From a virus (taxonomy: Duplodnaviria; Caudoviricetes), in the IMG/VR virus record IMGVR_UViG_3300037067_013742, positions 1 to 64,000 of that record: a stretch of 64,000 nucleotides of DNA. The stretch is one strand, 5' to 3'. Below the pieces are notes generated by a model. That model did no database searches. It worked only from the letters and a program-made list of their open reading frames with translations, and was not told where the DNA came from. A program made the position numbers and the translations under genes. Positions within the stretch are counted from its first letter, which is position 1. Every line of letters begins with the position of its first letter. Positions 55,604 to 64,000 of this stretch are shown here, in pieces.

Positions 55604-56416
55604 GTGAGAACCTTTCTGCTGGCGCTCGGCCAGCTGTGATTGGGACTCGGGAGGTGGTGCAAGCTGGGTCATCGAAGAAGGGACGAAGTCCCTGACCCAG
55701 CGCAGTCACCACCGTGTCCCCAGACTGTCTGTGCCATGCTTAGGTCGAGGCAGGCACACAACCTCGCTCCACGATTCTGATTGCTGGGCGCTTGCATCCC
55801 AGTCTGCCGTTTCGCGGGCAGATCCACCTCTACCTATGGTAGTAGGACAATCACTAATCGTTGAAGTAAAGGAAACTCATCGGGGGCTTTTTCTTTTAGG
55901 CGGGCGAACTGACAGGAATCTCAATCTGATAAGACTTCCTGTCTTAGAGCTATAGGAAAAGTATTAGTACGAGCAGTAGTATAAAATCTTACAGGTGGAG
56001 ATAGGGAGTATATATAAGGATATTAGATCATAAGAGAGTATACAGAGCGGGCACGAATTTGACCCGCCAGGGGCAAATGGAGTGCCGCTGAGGCGAGCGT
56101 TAGCAAGCCGGTGAGGCGACGTATTGATTATGATATTTAAGCTTTAGGAAGAGCACGAGGCCCCAAAGCCGAGTGCGTGCGTATGATATCTATTCTTGGC
56201 GGGGGAACAACAATCATAGCCTAGACTATTATCATTAGAGAGTATTAGTGCGTTATCAAGGTTAATAGCCAAGAATTATCAGTAGATATTCTTCTAGCGG
56301 GCAACAACAACTAATAGCCTTATCAACCTCTGGTAAGAATATCAGTAGAGTGCGTTATAGAGGGAAGAAGGAGAGAAAGCCAGCAACCAAGAGCGTGCGT
56401 GCGTAGAGAAAAGAAT

Positions 56417-56444
56417 GAGCAGTTTTCAGTCAATGCTCAGGACC
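56417..56444 (-). promoter_or_regulatory. Small 3'-UTR pseudoknot, copy B
   Basis: GTC-CTGAGCATT-GAC-TGA-AAACTGCTC. Confidence 0.65.
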
Positions 56445-56762
56445 TGATCAGAACTACTCCTCCAGCTTCCACTCCCTGGTCTTCTCTTCCCAGATGTAGG
56501 TGTAGTACATCTGGGCCACCTCGTGCAGCACCTGGACGGTGAACATGACGTTCTCCCCGTCGTCCTCCTCCAGGATGTCCATCACGACGTACCCACCCTT
56601 GGTCTCGAAGTGGTCGAAGATCTCCTTGGTGGTCGGCATCCCGAACTGGTTCGTCATAATAGCCTCTAACACTCGATATAAGCCCTCGAGTAGGGGGTTA
56701 ACGACCCGGCTCCTTGGTAAGGGAATCGCACCCTCTGTAATGCCGCCTAGGGCCCAAGGAAC

Positions 56763-56788
56763 GAGCAGTTTATCCTGTTGCTCAGCAG
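56763..56788 (-). promoter_or_regulatory. Small 3'-UTR pseudoknot, copy C
   Basis: CTG-CTGAGCAA-CAG-GAT-AAACTGCTC. Confidence 0.65.
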
Positions 56789-56795
56789 CCAAGAA

Positions 56796-57182
56796 CTAGT
56801 CGCAGCTCTGACTGCAGTTCCAGGTTGTCGCCGGCTTCCCGGACGTTGCGCTGATCACATGGGAGAACTGCCAAAAGCCGTAGCCACAGGCATTGTGGTG
56901 GCAACGATCTTGGATCTGGAGAGCCCGGTCCTTGCTGATATGACCCTCAGTGCAGAACTGAACGTCGCGACCACTGTCGTCTACCCAGACCCCGTCCTCG
57001 AGCTTCCTCCAGTTTCCCGTGTCCTCGATCGCCAAGCTCTGCTGCTTCGGGTTCTTCAGCGCGGCCAACACCTCCTCAGGGCTATTTCCCGATGAGTAGA
57101 CCATCTTGTAAAACTTCGTGCTTGTCATGCCAGCAACCATAGCAATCGCTTCCGCACAGATCTCCTTGTTCGACCTTGCCAT
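56796..57182 (-). CDS. Hypothetical protein; C-terminal domain paralogous to 58778-58999
   Basis: GYGF..FSH...SGKPATTW.CS..CD; SD GAGG before MARSNK. Confidence 0.7.
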   Translation of the reverse strand: MARSNKEICAEAIAMVAGMTSTKFYKMVYSSGNSPEEVLAALKNPKQQSLAIEDTGNWRKLEDGVWVDDSGRDVQFCTEGHISKDRALQIQDRCHHNACGYGFWQFSHVISATSGKPATTWNCSQSCD

Positions 57183-57203
57183 ATCAAACCTCATTTGCCA
57201 GAT

Positions 57204-57262
57204 GCTCATCAGTGCAGGACTACTGGCTATACCTGCAGACTCCCTATGAGAGGGAGTTTCGC
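57204..57262 (-). ncRNA. Hammerhead ribozyme (type II)
   Basis: GC-GAAAC-TCCCT/AGGGA-GTC^TGCAGG/CCTGCA-CTGATGA-GC. Confidence 0.85.
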
Positions 57263-57271
57263 TTAAGGGGT

Positions 57272-57919
57272 TTACTTCTCGGGGAGGATGATGGCGTGGT
57301 AGGAAAGACTCTCAGCCTTCTCGGCGAGAATCTTCTTGAGGAGGTGGCGGTGACAGAATGCGCCCTTCCTGCAGTAGCAGGTAAGGACAATCACTCTGCC
57401 TTCCAGAGCGGCCTTGGTGATGATGGTTTCCCATCTGTGCTGGTGTTTGGTCCAGCTCTCCTCCATCATCTTGAGGTAGAGTTTGGTGTACTGCTCCTTG
57501 GACATCGCGCCGCCCAAGTAGCCTTCCACCATCCGCCAGGTCGGGGCGAACATCTGGAGTCCGCTCTTAACCGTGACGTTGATCACCAGCTCATCGGAGG
57601 TGGGCTTGTGGGAGATATGGGCGGTGGTAATCCGCACGGTCCCATAGTTATGGCGGGGCGACTCCCTGGACCATCCGGGCTGATCCAGGTTGTCGTACTT
57701 CTCAGACTTCTTGGCCTGCGCCATAATCTCATCCGAGAAGGGAGTCCCGTCTAGCTCTGGATACCGCTCCTCTTGCGGCTGTCCAGAGGAAGCGATCCGG
57801 ACCCACTCGCGAGCAGTAAGTTCGGAAGCCTTGACCTTGGTCCAGAACTCTGTGCTGTTCCGAACCAATTTCAGATCGATCGCCTGCCTACAGTAGTAGG
57901 CGTTGTTCTCGGTCGCCAC
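57272..57919 (-). CDS. DUF488-like protein
   Basis: FAPTW, Y...Y, LTCYC....CHRHLL. Confidence 0.7.
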   Translation of the reverse strand: MATENNAYYCRQAIDLKLVRNSTEFWTKVKASELTAREWVRIASSGQPQEERYPELDGTPFSDEIMAQAKKSEKYDNLDQPGWSRESPRHNYGTVRITTAHISHKPTSDELVINVTVKSGLQMFAPTWRMVEGYLGGAMSKEQYTKLYLKMMEESWTKHQHRWETIITKAALEGRVIVLTCYCRKGAFCHRHLLKKILAEKAESLSYHAIILPEK

Positions 57920-58738
57920 TAGAACCTCCTCGTGTTGGCGTTCAAGGCCGCAACCATCTCCTCCTCTGAGAAGTGGTTGTAGTTCAACTCAACGTCGAAC
58001 TCATCCCACTCCCCGAGCTCTTCCTCGACCATGTCAGGGATAGTCAGAGCGACCAGGAGCTTGATCTCCAGGTCAGAGATCTCTTCCTGGTTCTCCAGCT
58101 TCTCCCACCAGTAGGGGCCGAGGGAGCTCTCGACGCGGGGGAGCTTGACCGTCCTTTCCAAGACGGTATCTCCCCAGCAATCAATCGCCTCCTCCCTGTT
58201 CTGCCACCAACGGACCAAGTAGGTGCCGATGTAGCAGAGGGCGAGGGTGGCGGCGATCACGAACAGCATCTCAACTACGATCTGCAGAGTGGTCATATAA
58301 GACCATCCTTTCTAGGGGATTGGCTACCCCATAATCTACCTTGAGCGCCCGACACACTTCTATGTCAGGCCCTGCGGTAGCCCTCTTTTTGTCCTTAGAC
58401 AGGGCGAGGAGTTAGTTCCCTGAGAGATCTAGTGGTTGGGGTACATGAACGAGGAGACGATGGCCCCGTAGGCGAGGGACTTGCCCTCCTCCCACGGAGC
58501 CGACTCCTCGATCTTGAGAACGAACTTGTCGCTGTTGCCGCCGCACATCTCAACGATCTCGCCGAGAAGACCGACATCCAGGAGATCGGCATTGAGGAGG
58601 GAGAGCGAACCGTGGATCGAGTTGTACTTGGTCATGTTAGACCCTTTCTTTCGGGGGACTGGTTACCCCATCAGATACCTCTACTTTGGCCTACTATAGG
58701 CTGGGGCCTAGGTTTTCGCACCCCATTATCCGTAGCTT

Positions 58739-58764
58739 GAGCAGTTTAATGTCTTGCTCAGGAC
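58739..58764 (-). promoter_or_regulatory. Small 3'-UTR pseudoknot, copy D
   Basis: GTC-CTGAGCAA-GAC-ATT-AAACTGCTC. Confidence 0.65.
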
Positions 58765-58777
58765 GTTGGGGACGCTA

Positions 58778-58999
58778 TCAGTCGCAGTTGGCGCTGCAGC
58801 ACCAGGTGGTCGCCGGCTTTCCGGACTTGTTGCTTGCCGTGTGGGAGAACTCGTAGAAGCCGTAACCGAACGCGCTGTAGTGGCAGTTATCCTGAACCTG
58901 CCTTGCCTCCTCCTCGGTAATGTGGCCCAGAACACAGAACCTCACGTTACGTCCGCTGGTGTCGATCCAGACCTTCTCGCCGATTTGATTCCATGCCAT
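58778..58999 (-). CDS. Hypothetical protein (first gene of the leftward unit)
   Basis: MAWNQIGEK... with SD GAGG; paralog of the 56796 gene. Confidence 0.7.
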   Translation of the reverse strand: MAWNQIGEKVWIDTSGRNVRFCVLGHITEEEARQVQDNCHYSAFGYGFYEFSHTASNKSGKPATTWCCSANCD

Positions 59000-59721
59000 G
59001 ATAAGACCTCTTCTTCTACGTAGAGCAGTACTACTACGGCACCATGCCATAGCAGCACATACCCTGTCCGTTGGGCCTGCCTGCGGGTATCGCGCCCACC
59101 TACCCCTAAGGGTGATCACTATGATCAGGCAGACTGATGTAGTACAGCATACTGTATAGGCCCCTGCTGTAGGGGGCACATGTAGGACTATAGTAGTACT
59201 AGTGTACACATAGACATACACTCATGTACTACCTGATGCATGGATAGATGTACTACCCATGTAAGCCTGCTTAGTGCAGGTACAGCATGACTACATGATT
59301 TAGGGATTATGTCCTATGCATATATGTACGCAGATGTAGCATATGGCACATGTACATGTAGCTGCTGTGATGCTGGTCATTCAACTTGTGCTTGTTGTAC
59401 TACTACTAGTAGTTAAACATAAGCGCATCCAACACTATAACTAAGGTAGTTATAGGCGAGATCATAGCTCATAGTACTGTTTCATTTATGCGCGCATCCC
59501 TTTCGACATCACGCATAAAGGCTTAGTACTAGTATTGCTTAGATCCAGTAGCGCATGTTCAGGTAGCTACTAGACTCAGATAAGCCAGTTTCTTATCTGA
59601 CAAGCACTCCAGACTGTTATTCACAAGTCTGGTGGTTAACCGCAACCAGAGCTACCGGAGATCAACCCGGGGGCTCCGAACGTGGCAACCATCCTGAGGA
59701 AAATCCCCAAGATACACGTCC

Positions 59722-59839
59722 AGGTACACAGAAATATTTAAGTTTAGGTTTGGTTTTTGGATTGGGCTTTTTTAAGGTACACAGAAATATTCCATTTTAG
59801 GATCTGAATCCCTATCGACTTTAGGTACACAGAAATATT
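59722..59839 (+). repeat. Three exact 17-bp direct repeats AGGTACACAGAAATATT
   Basis: Copies at 59722, 59775 and 59823. Confidence 0.85.
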
Positions 59840-59905
59840 TGGTTTGGGGGAAATTTTCTATTTTTGGATTGGGATTAGTATTGGGAAGATTTGTGATATA
59901 AAGCT

Positions 59906-60508
59906 TTGAGGAGGGTCTTGATGGATAGTGTTCCCGTATATGCTTTTGGTAGTAGTGAACCAGTTACTCGTATTGAGACGGGAAGAGAGTGTGCTCTAAT
60001 AGATAAGTCTTATAGTAAGTTATCTCTTATAGAGAGATTGTGGTGGGCGGTTTCTGGGCGCCGGCCGAAAATAAAAAATCCTTTTGTTCCGGCAGTGACC
60101 TATAAGTTCTATAGTGGGTGTGACTATACTTTCTACCTTATCGAACATCTTCCAAAGGTTTGTGGTGAAGATCCTTCTCCGGAGTCTTACTTAGAAGCCG
60201 TTAGGGGGAAGACTGCAATTCCATTCATTTCTGGAATTAGTTTTTCTTTTAATAAGGGGAAGGGGGTTGTTGAAGGAACCATCCTCTCAATCTTGTCTAC
60301 CGAGTCTCTTACTTATCGGCTTGTAAAGGAGGGGGATTGGGATTTCGTTGGGAAGGTAGCTGATGAATATGGTGGTCTGTCTATAATGGTACTTCCTAAT
60401 TTTAGGATTAATCAGACTTCTTGGGGCATGGGCATTGATGATCTTGTTACAGAAGAGAATTTTACTTTCTCTGCTTCAGAGCCGGGCTTCCTGAAGAAGA
60501 TTCGATAA
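59906..60508 (+). CDS. Hypothetical protein with a tail-tube-like C-terminal part
   Basis: GISFS...GTI...G.GIDD..TEE.FTF.A pattern. Confidence 0.4.
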   Translation: MRRVLMDSVPVYAFGSSEPVTRIETGRECALIDKSYSKLSLIERLWWAVSGRRPKIKNPFVPAVTYKFYSGCDYTFYLIEHLPKVCGEDPSPESYLEAVRGKTAIPFISGISFSFNKGKGVVEGTILSILSTESLTYRLVKEGDWDFVGKVADEYGGLSIMVLPNFRINQTSWGMGIDDLVTEENFTFSASEPGFLKKIR

Positions 60509-60535
60509 TTTTTCCCGCCGAAAAAAGATTTCCTA

Positions 60536-60563
60536 TTGACAACTAGGGTAGCTGAATTAAATT
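60536..60563 (+). promoter_or_regulatory. Sigma70-like promoter of the Hsp20 gene
   Basis: TTGACA-16 nt-TAAATT. Confidence 0.5.
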
Positions 60564-60595
60564 TTTCTCCAGAAAAAAGGAGGAGGTTAAAGGAT

Positions 60596-60934
60596 ATGTT
60601 TACTCTACTAGATCAACTACTAGACTATGAAGACTTTATGAGATTAGGGATGAAGAGGGCTAACTTCTCAGCTGAAGAGAGATGGGAGTTTAATAAAGAT
60701 GGAGATACTGGGGTACTAGAGATAGATCTTCCAGGAGTTAAGAAAGAGGATGTATCTCTGGAGGTGGGTGATGGCCGGCTAGAAATAAAATGGAAGAAGA
60801 AGGGGATTAATCGTAGTCGGTCATTTAAGCTCTCTCCCGAGTATGGTGAGGAAGTTACCGCCAAGATGGAAGATGGAATTCTGGAGATCAGGATGGCCTA
60901 TAGCTCTAAGAGAAAGAAGATAGAGATCGTGTGA
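60596..60934 (+). CDS. Small heat-shock protein (Hsp20/alpha-crystallin)
   Basis: DLPGVKKEDV, RSF.L, A..EDGILEI; AGGAGG upstream. Confidence 0.85.
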   Translation: MFTLLDQLLDYEDFMRLGMKRANFSAEERWEFNKDGDTGVLEIDLPGVKKEDVSLEVGDGRLEIKWKKKGINRSRSFKLSPEYGEEVTAKMEDGILEIRMAYSSKRKKIEIV

Positions 60935-60980
60935 TATGCTGTCCCCGTAAGAGACAGATGTTCTGTCTCGGTGAGGGACA

Positions 60981-61145
60981 ATGCCAGAAATCCTGCCCGA
61001 AGCTCTTTGTTTTGATGATATCTTTCTAGTACCTAGACATTCAGACATTTCTTCTAGAGATGAGGTTGACCTTTCGGTCTCTCTTCCGAAGGGTGTTGCC
61101 CTTGGTCTCCCTATTATCTCTGCTCCTATGACTTGGTCGTTATAA
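60981..61145 (+). pseudogene. Truncated 5' fragment of IMPDH/GMP reductase
   Basis: MPEILPEALCFDDIFLVP...SR.EVDLS...LPIISAPM then TWSL*; own SD. Confidence 0.85.
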
Positions 61146-61169
61146 TTGGGAGTGTGATATGTTCTTCTT

Positions 61170-62771
61170 ATGATTTTAAGAGAATACAGAAAGAAAAGAC
61201 CTAATAATGTACGTATAGATCGCTTTGCTTATGTTCAATGTGACGAATGTGGTAAAGAGTATGAAATCTTGATTTCCAATAGGAAAGCTTCACAGAAAAA
61301 GAAGCTTGGTACTTGTCATGAAGGGTTGGACTATTGCAAGCCTTGTGCTTTTAAGAAAATAGCAGCACCAAAACTTAAGGAGATACAAAAGACTCCTTCT
61401 TGGAAGGAAAAGCAGCATTTGTCACATAAAGGCCAACGTCAGTACCAATGGCGTTTAGATTATAAAGCAGGAAAAGCCTCCACCCCAAGAGGTTATATAC
61501 AAGTTCAAGACGGAAATGGTCGGCTTAGGCCAGAACACGCAATAATAGTTGAGAAGTTGATGGGAAGACTTTTGACTAAAGAGGAACGCATTCATCATAT
61601 CAACCTTGATAAAAGTGACAACAGAGTAGAGAATCTTTGGTGTTGCGTAGACCAAAAGCAACACATGTTGCTTCATGCTCAATTATACGAGATTGCGAAG
61701 GAGCTAATACAAGCAGGAGTAGTTGTATTTAAAGATGGTGTTTATAGCTTAAACACTAGCGGAACCGGTTCTATCTCGTTTGATGATTTTCTCCTTGTAC
61801 CACAGTTTAATGTTGTGAACAGTAGATTAGATACTGATTTAACTACTCGTCTTACCAAGACGAGATTTATAGATCATCCAATTTGTTCCACTAATATGTC
61901 TACTATTACGGAGCTAGAAATGATGAAAGCAATGGACCAATCTGGAAGTGTCGGCTTTCTTCACCGATTTATGTCAATCGAGAAACAGCTAGAGATTATA
62001 TATAAGGCAAAAGAACTTGGGATTCGCTATATTGTTCCATCTCTTGGGGTGAAAGAGCATGACTTTAATAATCTTTCGCTTTTCAATAAAGCTGGGATAG
62101 AAATTATTCTAATTGACGTGGCACATGCTCATTCGACAATGGCTTGTAGACTATTGGAGTATTCTAAAGAACACTTTCCAAATATTGAGGTCATTATTGG
62201 CAATATTTGCACTTCGATTGCCTGCCATGATTTTTGTAGACTTGGTGCAGGTGCTATTAGAGTGGGGATTGGAGGTGGTTCTCAGTGTCTTACTCGCTCA
62301 AATACAGGGCATGGCGTTTCAACTCTACAGTCTATAATTGACTGCTACTCAGTTTCGCGCCATTTTAACGTTCCTCTAATTGCAGACGGTGGTTTTCGAA
62401 ATAGTGGCGATATTGTGAAAGCGTTGGGATTTGGAGCCGAGGCGGTTTCTCTTGGCTGGTTATTATCTGCCTCTTCTGATACTCCTGGTGAGGTTATTAA
62501 TATTAATGGTTCTTTGTTTAAACAGTTTTACGGAATGGCTTCTAAAGAAGCACAGGTGCAATATCTAGGAAAGAGCCGAGAAGATATTTGTCCAGAAGGA
62601 AAGAGTGAGTTGATTATATATCGTGGAGATACTAAAAAAATTCTAGGTGATTTAGTAGGTGGGATAAGAAGTGGTCTTACCTATTCAGGTGCTAGAACGT
62701 TACGGGAATTTCGTGAAAAGGTAAAGGCTCGAAAGATTACTGATCAATCGAAGAGAGAAAGTAAGCTTTAA
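61170..62771 (+). CDS. HNH endonuclease fused to a complete IMPDH/GMP reductase (no CBS domains)
   Basis: HHINLDKSDNRVENL; then FDDFLLVP, IDVAHAH, GIGGGSQCLTR, IADGG, GMAS, PEG, GGIRSGLTYSGA. Confidence 0.9.
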   Translation: MILREYRKKRPNNVRIDRFAYVQCDECGKEYEILISNRKASQKKKLGTCHEGLDYCKPCAFKKIAAPKLKEIQKTPSWKEKQHLSHKGQRQYQWRLDYKAGKASTPRGYIQVQDGNGRLRPEHAIIVEKLMGRLLTKEERIHHINLDKSDNRVENLWCCVDQKQHMLLHAQLYEIAKELIQAGVVVFKDGVYSLNTSGTGSISFDDFLLVPQFNVVNSRLDTDLTTRLTKTRFIDHPICSTNMSTITELEMMKAMDQSGSVGFLHRFMSIEKQLEIIYKAKELGIRYIVPSLGVKEHDFNNLSLFNKAGIEIILIDVAHAHSTMACRLLEYSKEHFPNIEVIIGNICTSIACHDFCRLGAGAIRVGIGGGSQCLTRSNTGHGVSTLQSIIDCYSVSRHFNVPLIADGGFRNSGDIVKALGFGAEAVSLGWLLSASSDTPGEVININGSLFKQFYGMASKEAQVQYLGKSREDICPEGKSELIIYRGDTKKILGDLVGGIRSGLTYSGARTLREFREKVKARKITDQSKRESKL

Positions 62772-63083
62772 TATGATCAATATGACTAAAGAAGATAGAA
62801 TTGGTCTTAATAGAAGGAATATTATCTGTGATTCTTCTGGATTAGAAGAGCTTCTTTCTGTCCCGCCAGAAAACGAAGTCATTATCAAGTTTCTTCCCTA
62901 CTTTGACGAGTATCTCTCATTGAGAACTCGTGAGATAGACCGCCCATGGTTTTCTATAATGGACTCAATTCTTAGTTTCTTTCTTGAGACTTGGGACGGA
63001 AATCCTCAGCGTAATAAAGAAAACTTTATCCTTATAGAGAAATTAGCTATAAACTTTCTCCTGGCTGTAGGAGAGGAAATCTA

Positions 63084-63683
63084 ATGGCTTCCGAAAAAAT
63101 TGAGCAGATCATGGGATGGATTTCTGGCTATTCTCCCGCTATAAAGGAAAACGCCTTAAGGCTTCTTTTGGCTATTGAGGCAGTAGACTCAAGGGCATTT
63201 CCAGATATTCTTAGATGTGATGGTCTTCCGGTCCAGTTTGTCTGGGAGAGTGGAGAGATGGAGCTTTCGTTTGCTATAGAGCCCCTCCTTACTGATGAGC
63301 AAATGGAGCTAGTTATCTCTAGAGTCCTTTTAGATAAAGGGCTTATTCCTCCAATGGAAGAGTCTCTTATGGAAGAATGTGAACTGGATGGTGGTTCTTA
63401 TATGCCCTTAGACTATCTAGAGGAGCTTCGGCTTACGCTAAAATCGTTTATGACACCTCCTGTCTTAGAATCTATAAATAACCTTTGTAGAATTCTTAAC
63501 GCAAAGCCTGTTTCGTCTGAAGCCTATTCTGGTTTATCGCGTAGATCAGAGCATGGCTTCCAATGTAAGTATGCTTTAGCTCATCTAGATAGGTTTAAGA
63601 GAGAGAAGTTAGATAAGACAATTGCGCTTCTAGAAGAGTGTCTTCTGAAAATGAAAGAGCTTAAGTCTGAGAGATCAGACTAG
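63084..63683 (+). CDS. Hypothetical protein
   Basis: 199-aa ORF coupled to 62773-63084. Confidence 0.6.
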   Translation: MASEKIEQIMGWISGYSPAIKENALRLLLAIEAVDSRAFPDILRCDGLPVQFVWESGEMELSFAIEPLLTDEQMELVISRVLLDKGLIPPMEESLMEECELDGGSYMPLDYLEELRLTLKSFMTPPVLESINNLCRILNAKPVSSEAYSGLSRRSEHGFQCKYALAHLDRFKREKLDKTIALLEECLLKMKELKSERSD

Positions 63684-63702
63684 ATTCCTGTACAATGCTC
63701 TT

Positions 63703-64000
63703 ATGGATGAAGATAAGTCTATTGTTCCAGCTACAACAAACCTAGCTAGTCTTGAGATAGATAAGAGTAGTCTCTGTTTGTCGGCAGATGACTATTCTAC
63801 TTTGACAATGTCTCCCGCCGCACAAAAAATACTTTCTTCTATAGTGTCAGCTTCTCATGTTGGTTTAGTTTCGGCTGCACCACTTACTTGCCAAGGCCCT
63901 GGAAATTGCCCTTTTGTTACTAGATGCCCAATCTATAGGGCTGATGGTAAAGATGGGCAGTACCCTATTGGTAAGCAGTGTGTTGCAGAAGCAGCCATAA
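63703..64000 (+). CDS. Partial Cys-motif protein (runs off the window)
   Basis: MDEDKS...PLTCQGPGNCPF..RCP...P.GKQC..E; open to the window end. Confidence 0.6.
   Translation, partial: MDEDKSIVPATTNLASLEIDKSSLCLSADDYSTLTMSPAAQKILSSIVSASHVGLVSAAPLTCQGPGNCPFVTRCPIYRADGKDGQYPIGKQCVAEAAI

Noticed and set aside
54542-55639. 365-aa plus-strand ORF and similar antisense ORFs (20150-20770, 37289-37867)
   Set aside because: Shadow frames produced by high GC3 or repeats in the real gene
58360-58430. Twister or HDV-like ribozyme (TAACTCCTCG...GAGGG)
   Set aside because: The required pseudoknot pairings could not be built
58667-58720. Second hammerhead (GCGAAAA...CTGATGG)
   Set aside because: The core is degenerate and stems I and III do not form; at best a relic
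59722-59839. Mini CRISPR array
   Set aside because: Repeats are only 17 nt, spacers are low-complexity, and there are no cas genes
61170-61760. Intein or group I intron explaining the HNH in guaB/C
   Set aside because: No splice-junction residues or intron core, and the downstream enzyme is complete rather than a second exon

Overview
This 64-kb window looks like part of a large (probably jumbo) dsDNA phage genome. Most of it is a dense minus-strand run of small hypothetical genes, and it switches to the plus strand near 59.6 kb. Recognisable content: an SLT lysin, PurA, a vWA protein, a radical SAM protein, two plus-strand tail-spike/fibre-like genes, an array of about 31 tRNAs (8.5-15.7 kb), HNH, EndoVII and LAGLIDADG endonucleases, Hsp20 and an HNH-GuaB/GuaC fusion. 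There is a GC-rich putative early region at about 45-59 kb. Cys-rich lipoproteins suggest a Myxococcota/deltaproteobacterial host (inference). Best candidates for new biology: (1) an RF1-type (PxT) release factor lacking domain 1 that needs an RF2-style +1 frameshift at CTT-TAA-C; (2) homing-endonuclease cassettes that break a target gene and carry a replacement for it (tRNA-Leu, guaB/C and a small SAAGYYIG gene), plus an rtcB reduced to its two termini around a LAGLIDADG gene; (3) a set of unusual RNAs: a 237-nt tRNA-like RNA with a large insert, D-armless and anticodon-less tRNA mimics, a hammerhead ribozyme, four covarying 3'-UTR pseudoknots, and a 17-bp long-range stem bracketing the tRNA array; (4) a Csx20-like candidate ring-nuclease anti-CRISPR and two L7/L12-domain fusion proteins. 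All calls were made by eye; no searches were run.
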